The notes under the pieces are model-generated. The model searched no databases. It saw only the letters and a list, made by a program, of their open reading frames with translations, and was not told the DNA's origin. Below, piece after piece: positions 21,101-30,967 of a stretch of DNA of 64,000 bases (position 1 is its first letter; every line of letters begins with the position of its first letter). The stretch is from an uncultured Chloroflexia bacterium (lineage in GTDB: Bacteria; Chloroflexota; Anaerolineae; JAAYZQ01), in the NCBI GenBank assembly GCA_963700285.1, contig CAVOXA010000001.1, positions 1,120,001 to 1,184,000 on the forward strand, read 5' to 3'. Both the position numbers and the translations under genes were made by a program.

Positions 21101-23638
21101 GTTGCCCTCGATCGGCCTGGGGTTTGGCCACCAGTTGCTACTGTCTCCATTGGTGTCCAGGTCCCAGCCAACGCGGTAGTAGCCATGGTTGGTGCCGGCC
21201 GGATTGTCGATCCAGCCGAAAAAGATCTCGGGCCGGCCGTTGCCGTTCACGTCGTGGATGTCCAAAGCGGCGCCCTGGGTGGATCCGCCCACCCAGCCTG
21301 GGATCTGCTTCTTTGCGCTCCAGTTCGTGGGATTTGCCGGGATATCCCAGCCTACGCTATAGTAGGCGTTGTTGTCGCCTGCTGGATCCTCCACCCAGGC
21401 GACTATTAGCTCTGGCTTCCCGTTGCCATTCAGCTCGGTGAGGGCAATGCCCAAGCCGCCAGGCTTGTCGCCGGTTTCGGGGCCGCCAAAGTACGTAGCC
21501 CAGGAGTCCACCTCGTAGTAGATATATTTGGCGCCGTCGCTCCAGGCCGATACGCGCTCCGTTTGGCCATTAATCTGGCCGAAATCGGATCCAGCCCACT
21601 TGTCCGAGTCCTCGGTGCTGTACACCAACTGCTTGTCCATCCATCCAGTGCGGTGGGCCGGCACCCAAGAATCTGGGAACAGCGTCTGCGCCCCACCACT
21701 GGCGTTCCAGTACGATATCTTTTTGGAGTCGGTCTGGGTCGAGACCGGAACGCTGACACGGGCCAGCCCGCTACCGTCGCGTTTCTGATATTGGTAGGCA
21801 TAGTAGGTAACGGTATTGAGGGTCACCAGGCCGTCATCAGGAGAGGTCCAGCCCGCACGGGTCTCCAGGCTGCTGCCATGTTCCGTGGTTTGGGTGATGG
21901 AATGCTCCCAGCTCTTGGTGAACGAGGAACCTAGCTTGAACTTGCCAAACTCGAATTCGGATTCGAAAGTGGCCGAACTTCCGTAGGAGTTGGTGATCTG
22001 GTCTGCGGTCACATCGCCGCCCTTGATGCTACTGGCATAGGCGACGTCTGTCTCTGGGTTGTAGACCTCCCAGTAGGGCGGGCGATTGACCATCGATATC
22101 AAGCGTGTCTCGTCGAGTTGCTGGCACTTGCCCGTATAGTCGCCGTAGAGGTTGTTGCCGTCCACATCGCCCATGACGAGGTCGGTGAAGCGCGTGTCCA
22201 TGTCCTGCCGCTGATCGCGCAGATGGAGGCCGTCACCGTTGTCGCTGCACGGGCAGGCAGAGTTGTCGTCAAACGACAGTATCTGAAGAAGGTCGTCATA
22301 GTCAGAGAAGCTGGCCACGATTTCCGCTTTGCCATCGCCGTCGATGTCGCCGGCATCCACAGACACGTAGTCCACGTCTGTGGCTGCATCAACGCCCCAA
22401 TTTGAGCTGTGGAACTTGAGCTGGCCGGTGTCTGCGTCCAGCGTGACGGCCTGGAAATAGTCGTTTTGGTCGGCAAAGGCCGTCACCACCTCGTCCCACC
22501 GGTCGCCATCGATGTCGCCGGAAGCAATGGAGACGTACTCAACGTCGTCGCGGTACTGGTCGCTGGAATGCCACCAGCTCAGGCTGTGGAGGCTGTTGTC
22601 GCTGCTGTTGAATTGAAATAGCCCAACGTGCAGGTTCTTTTCCGAGTCCTTGTAAACGGCGGCGATCTGGTCGCGGCCGTCTCCGCTAAACACGCCCGTG
22701 GTCACGTCGACCTCGGAGGCGCCACTGTAGCGGCCATAGGCCAGCTCCGTGAGACCGCCGCTGCCGTTGTACTCCAGGACGATGATCTGCAGGACCTCGT
22801 ACTGGTCCGAAAGGGCCAGGGCGATCTCGTCCTTGTATCCGTCGCCGTCCAGGTCCCCAACCGCTGCGGCGATGTCCGTCATCTCATAGCGGCCATGGCT
22901 GGAGCTTCTCCAGGTGCCCATGTACTGGATCCCGCCATCCGATTCGCCGTCCAACAGCACCACCTGGAGGTACTGCTGGTCGTCACCAAAGGCCACGACG
23001 ACCTCTTCGCTGGCATTGCCGCCATGGGTCGCGTCCAGGTCGCCGGCGGCCGTGGCCATGAGGTAACCCATGTTCTCGCCCTGGCGATAGTTGCTTGAGC
23101 TGGACCAGAAATCGCGGGCCAGGTCCCCACTTGATGCCTCCGGGTTCTTGATGGAAATGACCTCCAGCTCCCCGGGGTTGTCGTCGCCAATGGCCATGAC
23201 GACTTCCACTTTTCCGTCGAGATCCAGGTCGGCGGCAGTGATGGCTGCCGAACGGGGGCGCCACCAGGTGTCATTGCTGATCTTGGACTCCCAGAAGTAC
23301 TTCAGACTCGCATCCGTGTCGCTCGTGTTGTCATATTTGGCAATCCCCATCTCGCCAATCGAGTTCTCGAGGGCGATGAGGATCTCGTCGTCCACGCCCA
23401 GCGTGGTCGTTCGGCCCGGCAGCGGCTTGGTACAGTCAATGCCATCTGCTGTCGGCGCCGACCCTGCCTGGCGCTCGCTACCTTCAGGCGCCCGAACCGC
23501 GTCTTCCGTCTGGACGAACTCGTGTGTCCTGTCTGCAGCCAGGCCCAGGACTGGTGCTGGCAGGGTCAGCGTAAGCGCCAACAAAAGCGCCAGATTCAAC
23601 CACATGGCCGGCCTGGCAAGTGCATTCTTCATTTTCAT
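18104..23638 (-). CDS. Giant secreted protein with FG-GAP/VCBS-like repeats, Ser/Thr-rich beta segments, Ig-like/DUF11 domains and C-terminal YLPL motif
   Basis: Signal peptide; repeated (A/G)DxDGDGxxE motifs; ends KLYLPLAYKNR. Confidence 0.85.
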   Translation of the reverse strand: MKMKNALARPAMWLNLALLLALTLTLPAPVLGLAADRTHEFVQTEDAVRAPEGSERQAGSAPTADGIDCTKPLPGRTTTLGVDDEILIALENSIGEMGIAKYDNTSDTDASLKYFWESKISNDTWWRPRSAAITAADLDLDGKVEVVMAIGDDNPGELEVISIKNPEASSGDLARDFWSSSSNYRQGENMGYLMATAAGDLDATHGGNASEEVVVAFGDDQQYLQVVLLDGESDGGIQYMGTWRSSSHGRYEMTDIAAAVGDLDGDGYKDEIALALSDQYEVLQIIVLEYNGSGGLTELAYGRYSGASEVDVTTGVFSGDGRDQIAAVYKDSEKNLHVGLFQFNSSDNSLHSLSWWHSSDQYRDDVEYVSIASGDIDGDRWDEVVTAFADQNDYFQAVTLDADTGQLKFHSSNWGVDAATDVDYVSVDAGDIDGDGKAEIVASFSDYDDLLQILSFDDNSACPCSDNGDGLHLRDQRQDMDTRFTDLVMGDVDGNNLYGDYTGKCQQLDETRLISMVNRPPYWEVYNPETDVAYASSIKGGDVTADQITNSYGSSATFESEFEFGKFKLGSSFTKSWEHSITQTTEHGSSLETRAGWTSPDDGLVTLNTVTYYAYQYQKRDGSGLARVSVPVSTQTDSKKISYWNASGGAQTLFPDSWVPAHRTGWMDKQLVYSTEDSDKWAGSDFGQINGQTERVSAWSDGAKYIYYEVDSWATYFGGPETGDKPGGLGIALTELNGNGKPELIVAWVEDPAGDNNAYYSVGWDIPANPTNWSAKKQIPGWVGGSTQGAALDIHDVNGNGRPEIFFGWIDNPAGTNHGYYRVGWDLDTNGDSSNWWPNPRPIEGNFGDGNGGMGLTIADSDGDGDLDLVAAWGREAEEAGQWELGYSIGQDLQGSSFVESWAPGHPIPVPPEHKVVGATVASADLVAADGHPELVVGWIEDQVGGNPAYTRVGTCQQLGGEVDQRPTDIEDPVAKDGQFKIKLHDQWWDTNGDLLWRWDKSGGPPPPIYISLGGGDPYWKVEKTTFTEQTVETSESYNYEVSGEAEFLGIGAQGSKTWGFEEGTSYSISWEQGFFMDGTNVGLDPYKQPPPTQAQEYKYNPFTYMQESDSHTGVKQAYMVLDYFVPWRGSDTGQNTSTEAARATGPAVAPGIPLIDSITHPDPGAWYAADTATFTWRQPDGDPAVVDGYRWYMDRNPDTVPREMSLGLATTDTYEGLSDGLWYVHLRARSDGGKWGETAHLAVLVDTHAPQVALSLDPARPTEGSGWYNVPVRAEVSADDGDGSGTTRIETSTDGATWQPYTQPLIFDTDMAPTTLWARATDLMDHVSEPVSKTFALDLTLPTTQVAPGCWKPGRDCMAGVITDAAGNQRLRLSGQINGSVSGERGLGIQINGERWTAADEIGNGLWSYTSDTDLGAGCYAFHVQGEDWAGNMETLRAHGEEVAWHPRQRPELSGSRIAVVPNKARPGETVAVTLNVPNSGPQDTLVPISATVPAGLQVQADSISSDGVYDDASRTITWPPRLLWPGQERPLSFRAQVDGGLAATTLDISLTALGTWPIVDTCPARELAAFRDTETTVQRTAQLSVDPALPDGADTQPPASPSLRIEAGPATNHRQTQLLITKDGRAVTDARWMFLREWTLDTSDGTWTAVQESGWLPYSPTVPWSLSQGDGAKYMGVWLADAEGNVTVLDFNSLALTNLLEGSQTLTDGQRIQYRFPLRIRDLAIFGLEARSGDPNLYIWQPANGWRPDFAADGTGPVETVGFPVSRRGLHLVEVQANGDSRYALHLAGDVDPKSAASLSEMAEGTPEHPITLSDPLSAGVAVAPGPPEMPKLYLPLAYKNR

Positions 23639-23765
23639 CCTCCATCATTGTTGGGTACCGATAGACAGACCTGGCGCAGCGCATGCAAACACGACTCGGA
23701 GACCCTGCCGGCCAATGGGCGCGGCAGAGTCTCCCGGCCAGATTCAACGGTTGACGGGCGCGATT

Positions 23766-24182
23766 CTAGGGCTTGTTGTCCCCTGGCTTGCAGTCTCCCC
23801 GGTAGAAGGCCCACTCCTCGCATTCGGAGCCGTCGTCAAAGACGCAGTAACCCACCTCGCCGCCCGATTCTGAGCGGATGTCGGTCTTGCCGCCCTCGTC
23901 GGCACAGTGCACCGACGCGGGGTTGGGCATGCCAATAGGAGCCTCGGCCTCGCCGCCGGGGCCGCACTGGCCGCGGTAGTAAGCCCACTCTTCGCATTCG
24001 GAGCCGTCGTCAAAGAGGCAGTATCCCACTTCGCCACCGGATTCGGTGCGGCTCTCCCACTTGTGGCCCTGATCCGCGCAGTACTTGGATGCGGGGTTCT
24101 CCATGTTGAGGTTGCGTTGCGAACCACAGGCGCCGATGGCCAGGATGGCTGCCAGTAGTACGACCAGCATTGTTCTTTTCAT
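23766..24182 (-). CDS. Lipoprotein with two DUF333 domains
   Basis: Lipobox IGAC; two copies of MxNPASxxCADxG...GYCxFDDGSECEEWA. Confidence 0.9.
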   Translation of the reverse strand: MKRTMLVVLLAAILAIGACGSQRNLNMENPASKYCADQGHKWESRTESGGEVGYCLFDDGSECEEWAYYRGQCGPGGEAEAPIGMPNPASVHCADEGGKTDIRSESGGEVGYCVFDDGSECEEWAFYRGDCKPGDNKP

Positions 24183-24417
24183 TTCTTATCTCCTTATATT
24201 ACTTACTATGGACAAGGGATGATAGGCGGCGGACGACGGAAGATGGATGGTAACCACGGATGATGGATGAAGGATAGTGGGGCGCTGGATGACAAGAGCC
24301 GGCCTGCCGTGCGTCCGCTGAGGTTGGTATTGTGCCTCTCTTATGGTGGCATGTCTATACCCTCCCGGACAAGCAACTTCAAGTGGGTGGCCTGACCACC
24401 CACTTGAACAGGGCTGC

Positions 24418-26055
24418 CTACGAGTCCTTGAAGGCCAGCGGCAGGTACTGGCGGTGAGGCACCAGGTAGATGGTACGGTGGGCCCAGTTGTCCGTGTAGA
24501 GGTCCTCGTCCCTGTCCCGGTGCTCGACGTTGATCCAGAAGTCGTGGGCACCCATCTCGCCTGAGGAGTCCCAGGCAAACTGGGCGGTGGCCGTTTCCCC
24601 GGCCAGGATCAAGGGGATATAGTCTCCCCCGAGGTACCGACCGCCGCCGTTGGGGTTGCCGTCCCAAAACTCAACCCCGACGTGGCTGAAGGCATCACCC
24701 TGCGCCTGGACAGTCGCCGAAATGCGAACCGTTTCGCCGGCGCTCGGTAGCTCGGGATCGAAGACAATGCTCTCCGGTTCGATGGCCAGGTTGATGGGTC
24801 CCTCTGCAGTTCCCTGCGGTTTGACCGGGAGTATCGCATAGGCCTTGTTGTTGTTGGGCGGATTCGTCTCGTCGTGCACCTCTGCGATCTTGTTGTCGGG
24901 GTCCACGACGGCATAGATGTCCAGCGTCTGGCCACCGTAGCCTGTGGTGTCGAATTGCACTGTGACCGTTTGGCTGGACTGGGTCTTCAGTTCCGGGATG
25001 TTCTGGTCGAGGCCGATCTGCTGCCCGCCATCGTCTGGATCGCCCTGATAGAGACGGACTGTGACGTCTCTGGCATCTGTGACACCGGTTTGCGACCACA
25101 CGCTGTAGTTGCGCACCTTGGCCGTGACCGTAACCAGTTCCCCGGCCGTGGGTGAATGAGGATCGAAGGTGATCTCCTTGGTGAGCAGAGGGTAGCCCGG
25201 GGTCGTGGAGTATTTCCAGGGCAGGTTGAAGGCGGGATCGGGCTTGTCGTAGGTGAGCTGCCACCAGGTGGCTGGTATCGTTGGGTTGTTGGCGTTGGTC
25301 TCCGGCCGGACTGCATAGTCAAGCGCCAGGTGCCCATCGTCCGAGGACCAGTAGACGTAGGGATCCATCACGTATTTGTCCTCTTGCGTTTGGTCAATGT
25401 TGTTGACCCTGAGGTAGATCGAGGTTGTCTGCTCAAAGCTCACCTTGTGCGTGGATATCTGCTCCTTGCTGTAGGTCCCGTCCACCTTGGCCTTGATGCC
25501 CCATACATCGACCCCGGTCCCGAACTCGACATCCTGCTTTCTAGTCTGCTTTGTCTTGTCGTCTTTGACATCACTCCACTCGACCGTGAACGTATTGACA
25601 CTCCCATCCACCTGGCCGTCCCTGTCAAAATCCCCAGTAGCCACCCGGGCAGGGGGGATGCCTGTTCACCGGTATCAAAGTCATACGCGATCTCCTGAAG
25701 ACCGTCCTTGAAATACCCTAGCGTCATGTAAAAGTCCGATCCGTATCTGCGGACGCCCACAAAGTCGTCCAGCTTGTCCCCGTTAAAGTTTCCAGTCGCC
25801 AAAGCGGATCTATCACCGTAAGATCTCGTCGTCCGCCACCAGCCGGCGATTGCCGGCCAGGGGGTCCCCGCCCTGGGCTACCAGGGTATCCAGGTCCTGG
25901 ACCTTGGCCCGGTGGCCGACGCGGTGGCGAGGGATCAATGGCTGTTCGGGCTCGTCCGCCTGAACGGGCGCGCCGCCGCCGGCCAGCCACAGGCTGGCCA
26001 GCAAAAGGCAGACCAGCAGAAGTAATACCGCAAGCAAGGCAAACGTGCGTTTCAT
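24418..26055 (-). pseudogene. Split, internally deleted paralog of the 18104-23638 protein with CARDB domains
   Basis: Signal peptide plus LVADDEIL (cf. LGVDDEIL), two FG-GAP stubs in different frames, YVMDPYVY...LALDYAV (cf. YKYNPFTY...MVLDYFV), CARDB VVDPDNKIAEVHDETN; ends QYLPLAFKDS. Confidence 0.7.
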
Positions 26056-26155
26056 GATTATCCCTCCCCTAGAACTCCTGACCCCAATCTCGCATGCCCA
26101 CGGTCGGGCGCAGCAGGGCACCCAGGCCATGCGCGTTGCCGCCGCCTGCCGGTTC

Positions 26156-29100
26156 CTAGTGCTGCGGCACGAACGGGAAGTAGAGCCAGTACCGGCGCCA
26201 CTCGTGCAGGTGGCTGTCGGACAGGGAAAAGGGCGAGTACTCGTCTACGTCCGTCACCTGCACGTACTGCCCATCCCCGCTGCCACCTCGTTCGTACACG
26301 CCAGCTTCTTTGTCCCACTTTCTGTTTGTCTCGTTGCTGTGGTAGACCTCCAACGTGGCGTTGTCCTGGCCATTACGCTCCGCCTCGGCATAGTAGAAGC
26401 GGACCGTGGCCGGCTGCGGCGCCGTGGGGTCCAGCTCGAAGCAGCGCTGGACGCCGGCGCTGGCGCTAGGGCACAACTGGTTGCCCCAAACCGTCACGAT
26501 CGTGCTGCCCATGATGCCGGTCCCCGGATCGATCTCCAGGCCGAGGTAGCTGTCCTGGGTCCCGCCGGCATCCCTGATGTGCAGGAAGGCGGTGTTGCTG
26601 CCGTCCACCACCCTGCTCTGCTTGAGGCCGCCGTTGTTGGCCAGGGCGCCGTCTACGTGCAGCGCCGTGGCTGGGCCCAGGTCCAGCGTCGTCCCCTTTG
26701 CCACGGTCAGGTCGTGAAAGGTGATCGTGTCGGTGTCGAGGGTCTGGGCGCCTGGGCCGTCAAAGGTGACGGAGCCGCCGCGGGCAGCAAAGACGCCGCC
26801 GTTCCTCACCAGGTCTCCGCCGACCTCGATGGCATGGTTTCCCTCCGAAACATCCAGCGTACCGCTATTGAGGGTCAGGTCGCCGTGCACGTCCAGCGGA
26901 GCGCCCAGGGTGGTGGTGGCCATGGAGGTCGCCGGGTGTCTTCCGCCGGCCAGGGCGCTGATCTCGCCCGCCGTGAGCGCCCGGTTGTAGACCCGCACGT
27001 CGTCCAGCAGGCCGTCCAGGGCGCCATCGACTCCGCTCCAGCTCAAGTGGATGCCATCGCCCGCGCCAACCGCGCCTGAGATGCTGGCTGCACCTGCCTG
27101 CTCGGCGCCATTCAGGTACAGGCGCATGGTGCTGCCATCGTAGGTGCCTGCCGCGTGCAGCCAGGCGCCGGTGGTCAGGACGTCATTCACCCGGATGCTG
27201 TGCAGGCTGCCGCCAATCTTGGCATAGAAGTGAAGCTGTCCTGGCCCGTTGTCCCCTCCATAGCGCAGGACCGCCTTTTCGTTGCCTAGTGTTACAAAGC
27301 GCATGTCCTGGCCTGCGGGCATGGCATCCAGCTTGACCCAGGTGGCCAGGCTAAACTGCTGCAGGTTGTCGATGTCGCTGGTGCCAGCGATGGAGACATA
27401 GTCGGCATCGGCGCGGTCAAAGTGCAGGGCGTAGGGATTCTCAAAGAGCGTGGCCGGTGTGTCCGTGCTCCAGGATGGGCTTCTTTGCAGCACCCCATCG
27501 TGGCCGTAGCCGGATGAATCGGCTGCGGTGGTTCCGACGCCGCCATCGAGCTTCCAGTAACCCAGCATGCCATCGTTGAGGACCAGGTCGTTGAAGGTAG
27601 TGGACAGCGTCTGGTCAGTCGTATTGTCGAGCAGGACGCGGCCCCCGTTGGGGTTGAAGGTGCCGCCGCTGTGCCGGAAGCCGCCGCCGGCGCTCATCAG
27701 TCCCGATGGGGCGGTGAAGCTCCCGCCGCCGAGGTCAAAGGCGCCGCCGATGTCCAGCCTGCTGCCGCCGCCGGTGAACGTCCCCCCGTCCTGGACCCAA
27801 TCGCCGCTGATGGTCAGGTCCGCGTTCTGGGTGATCTGGCCCGCGTAGCCGGAAGCGATGGTCAGACGCATGATGGTATTGGCAAAGCCCTTGTCGACGA
27901 CGGCGTTCTTTGTAGACGTGCTGTCAAAGCGCACCCCGTCGGTGGAATGGCGGGGCACGACGTCGGAGGCCCAGTTGGCCGCCTCGGACCAGTTCGGCGT
28001 GGCCCCTCCGCCGTCCCAGACGCGGGTGACAGGCAGAGCAACGTTGCCGGTACCGGCATCCGCGGCATATTCCAGGATGAGGGGGATGCCGTGGTCGCGA
28101 TCCTGGGCCGTGCTGCTGGAAGTGGTGACGTGCGTGACCCGGATCTGGTCGACGGCGGTTTGGGCGAAGGCGTCCCCGGTCATTTCGACGACGACGAAAT
28201 AGATACGCGGCGCGCCGAACTGCACCTGCACGTTGGCATCCCCATCGGTCAAGGCCACGGTCTGGATTCCCCCGGTGAGGGACAGGCTATCCACACCGGC
28301 GACCAGGGTGTCGCTGTTGATCTCAAAGGCGCCGGAACCATCGTCCAGGTAGATGGCCAGCTTGCCGACAAGACTGCTGGCTTCGGCGGTGGTGAGGGGG
28401 ACGCCGTGGCCGTCTTCGAAGAGCAGTTCCAGGGTGGCCAGCTCCTCGTCGCCGTCGCCACTGCGGCCGCGATGGGTCATGGTGATCATCAGCAGGTCAT
28501 CGGTCTGGCCGCTGGTCAGTTGGGTGGGAGCGGTACTGGCCGTGGCCAGGGCGAACTGCCCGCCGAGGTTCGCCCACCAGGCGATCTCTTTCGCCTCTTG
28601 TGCGGCGCCGACCAGATCCAGGTCTCCGTCACCATCCACGTCAGCCGCGGCGGCAGCCGATCCCCCGGCAAAATCCTTGGCTGCACTGTGCTTGCCCCAC
28701 GCGCTGCCGTCCCCGGCGGCGTTTTCCCACCAGGTGATCGCCCCGTCGCCGGAGGAGGCGCTGAGAACATCCACGTCGCCGTCGCGATCCAGGTCGGCCG
28801 CTGCAATACCCAGCGGCATGGGGACGTCCGGATCCACGGGGTGTTGGGTCCAGGCGCTGCCAGAGCCTGTCGAATTCTCCCACCAGGTGATGTCACCGGC
28901 AACAGACGCCGCGCCGAGGATGTCCGGGTCGCCGTCACCATCAACATCGGCGGCGACCACGCTGACTGCCCCGTCGAAGCTTTCGGCTACGACGTGTTTG
29001 CTCCAGGTGCGGCCATCCCCGGCCGTGTTCTGCCACCAGGCGACGTCGCCCGCGTACCCGGCGCCAAGGATGTCCAGATCCCCATCACCGTCCACGTCGA

Positions 29101-30814
29101 CTGCGGCGACGTCCTGCGCCTCGTCGAAACCTCCATCCACGGCGTGTCTGCTCCAGGCGCTGCCATCCCGGGCCGTGTTCTGCCACCAGGCAACCATATC
29201 CCCTTCGAGAGAGGAGCCCACGACATCCAGGTCGCCGTCACCATCCATATCGGCGGCAGCCACGCTGCTCGCCCCGCTGATGTCCGTAACGATGTTGCGC
29301 CTGCTCCAGGCGCTGCCGTCCCCGGCCGTGTTCTCCCACCACGAGATATCGCTGGCCGAATTGAACGCCGCGCCGAGGATGTCCAGGTCACCGTCCCCAT
29401 CCACGTCGGCCGCGGCGATACCCACCGCCCCGCCAAAGTTCGCATCGACGATCTGTTTGCTCCAGGTGCTGCCGTGCCGGGCTGTATTCTCCCACCAGGC
29501 AATGGTATCGAAAATGCCCCCCGCTGCGAGGATGTCCAGGTCCCCATCACCATCCAGGTCGGCCACGGCGACGCTTTCCGTCCCCTCAAAGGCCCCGTCC
29601 ACGACGGTTCTGCCCGCGCCGGGGAAAAGGGCGCTGCTGTGGATCAGCTTGTTCTCCCACCAGGCGATATCGCCGTCGTCGTGCGCGATGCCCAGAATGT
29701 CCAGGTCACCATCGCCATCCACGTCCGCGGCGGCAACCCCGTTCCAGCCGACGTGATCCGAAGCCATGTGGTGCCCGTGCCAGGCGCTGCCGTCCCCGGA
29801 CGTGTTCTCATACCAGCCAATCTGATCCACGTAGGTCCACGGCGCGTTGAGCAGATCCATATCGCCGTCACCATCCACGTCGGCCGCTGCGACGGCCCAG
29901 GCAAAGGAATGGCTGCCAGTCACGGCATGCTTGTCCCAAGTACCGCCGTCTCCGGCCACATTCTCCCACCAGATCATACCCTCGTTCTGCAGCGCGCCGA
30001 GGATGTCCTGGTCGCCGTCGCCGTCCACGTCGGCCGCGGCTACGTCCCGCGCCGAATCCACTCCTTGCTCAACGTGGTACTTGAGCCAGGCGCTTCCATC
30101 TCCGGCGCGGTTCTCCCACCAGGTGATCGCCTCCTCACCCTCAGAGGCGCCCAGCACGTCCAGGTCACCGTCCCCATCGATATCTGCCGCGGCAAGGGCG
30201 AAAGTAAGGTAGGTATCGGTGGTTACATGGTATTTGCTCCAGGCGCTGCCATCCCCGGCAGTATTCTCCCACCAGGCGATGCTGGACCCTTCGTAGCCCA
30301 CGCCAAGGATGTCCATATCGCCATCGTTGTCCATGTCGCCAGCGATGACATCCCACGCTGCGGAGAAACTGCTGTCCACCGCATGCTGAGTCCAGGCGCT
30401 GGCGTCCCCTGTCTCATTCTCCCACCAGGCGACATCGTTGGCCCCCGGCGCCGCACCCAGAATATCCATATCGCCGTCGCCATCGAGGTCAGCCGCGGCG
30501 ACGCTTGAGGCATGTTCGAACGAGCCATCCACGAGGTGCTTGCTCCAGCTGGTGCCATCTCCAGCCGCGTTCTCCCACCAGGCAATGTCGTTGACGTTCT
30601 CAGCCGCGCCAAGGACGTCCAGGTCGCCGTCCCCATCCAGGTCGGCCGTGGCGATATCCAGCACCCCCCCAAAGTTGCCGGCAATTGTGTGTGCCGTGGA
30701 GAATGGGATGTCGCGGGCATGAACGGGAGCCACGATCAGGACCAGTAGCAGAGCAACGATAGTCGCCAACGAAAAGATTCGAAGCACGTGTTTGGTCGGT
30801 CGTACCGGTTTCAT
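26156..30814 (-). CDS. Secreted FG-GAP/VCBS repeat protein with LamG-like domain
   Basis: AAGGAGG RBS, signal peptide, ~14 repeats ADxDGDGDxDILGA...IAWWEN, LamG (WLHAAGTYDG...LYLNG...LDDVRVYNRALT); ends WLYFPFV. Confidence 0.9.
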   Translation of the reverse strand: MKPVRPTKHVLRIFSLATIVALLLVLIVAPVHARDIPFSTAHTIAGNFGGVLDIATADLDGDGDLDVLGAAENVNDIAWWENAAGDGTSWSKHLVDGSFEHASSVAAADLDGDGDMDILGAAPGANDVAWWENETGDASAWTQHAVDSSFSAAWDVIAGDMDNDGDMDILGVGYEGSSIAWWENTAGDGSAWSKYHVTTDTYLTFALAAADIDGDGDLDVLGASEGEEAITWWENRAGDGSAWLKYHVEQGVDSARDVAAADVDGDGDQDILGALQNEGMIWWENVAGDGGTWDKHAVTGSHSFAWAVAAADVDGDGDMDLLNAPWTYVDQIGWYENTSGDGSAWHGHHMASDHVGWNGVAAADVDGDGDLDILGIAHDDGDIAWWENKLIHSSALFPGAGRTVVDGAFEGTESVAVADLDGDGDLDILAAGGIFDTIAWWENTARHGSTWSKQIVDANFGGAVGIAAADVDGDGDLDILGAAFNSASDISWWENTAGDGSAWSRRNIVTDISGASSVAAADMDGDGDLDVVGSSLEGDMVAWWQNTARDGSAWSRHAVDGGFDEAQDVAAVDVDGDGDLDILGAGYAGDVAWWQNTAGDGRTWSKHVVAESFDGAVSVVAADVDGDGDPDILGAASVAGDITWWENSTGSGSAWTQHPVDPDVPMPLGIAAADLDRDGDVDVLSASSGDGAITWWENAAGDGSAWGKHSAAKDFAGGSAAAAADVDGDGDLDLVGAAQEAKEIAWWANLGGQFALATASTAPTQLTSGQTDDLLMITMTHRGRSGDGDEELATLELLFEDGHGVPLTTAEASSLVGKLAIYLDDGSGAFEINSDTLVAGVDSLSLTGGIQTVALTDGDANVQVQFGAPRIYFVVVEMTGDAFAQTAVDQIRVTHVTTSSSTAQDRDHGIPLILEYAADAGTGNVALPVTRVWDGGGATPNWSEAANWASDVVPRHSTDGVRFDSTSTKNAVVDKGFANTIMRLTIASGYAGQITQNADLTISGDWVQDGGTFTGGGSRLDIGGAFDLGGGSFTAPSGLMSAGGGFRHSGGTFNPNGGRVLLDNTTDQTLSTTFNDLVLNDGMLGYWKLDGGVGTTAADSSGYGHDGVLQRSPSWSTDTPATLFENPYALHFDRADADYVSIAGTSDIDNLQQFSLATWVKLDAMPAGQDMRFVTLGNEKAVLRYGGDNGPGQLHFYAKIGGSLHSIRVNDVLTTGAWLHAAGTYDGSTMRLYLNGAEQAGAASISGAVGAGDGIHLSWSGVDGALDGLLDDVRVYNRALTAGEISALAGGRHPATSMATTTLGAPLDVHGDLTLNSGTLDVSEGNHAIEVGGDLVRNGGVFAARGGSVTFDGPGAQTLDTDTITFHDLTVAKGTTLDLGPATALHVDGALANNGGLKQSRVVDGSNTAFLHIRDAGGTQDSYLGLEIDPGTGIMGSTIVTVWGNQLCPSASAGVQRCFELDPTAPQPATVRFYYAEAERNGQDNATLEVYHSNETNRKWDKEAGVYERGGSGDGQYVQVTDVDEYSPFSLSDSHLHEWRRYWLYFPFVPQH

Positions 30815-30850
30815 TTTGGAATCCTCCTTTATGATCTGTCGCTTGGTCTC

Positions 30851-30883
30851 AGTATACCCCATGGGCGTGACAAAAGCGTGACA
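30851..30883 (-). promoter_or_regulatory. SARP-type direct repeat TGTCACGC-TTT-TGTCACGC, 8 bp upstream of -10 TATACT
   Basis: The 19-mer is identical to 59099-59117, with 11-bp periodicity and the same spacing to the -10. Confidence 0.8.
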
Positions 30884-30967
30884 GTAGGATGGGCCGCCCC
30901 TCTGACCTTTGGCTCAGCCGGGAGACTGGTCCAGTTTTCCGAAACTGGACCAGACTTGAGCCTGCGC

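Noticed and set aside
24225-24295. GGA(T/C)GA-type short repeats
   Set aside because: Low-complexity intergenic sequence with no defined structure.
27671-30508. 945-aa and 467-aa plus-strand ORFs
   Set aside because: They are antisense shadows of the repetitive GC-rich FG-GAP gene.
28560-30660. Regular DNA repeats resembling an array or CRISPR
   Set aside because: They are degenerate in-frame coding repeats with no constant repeat/unique spacer structure, and no cas genes are present.
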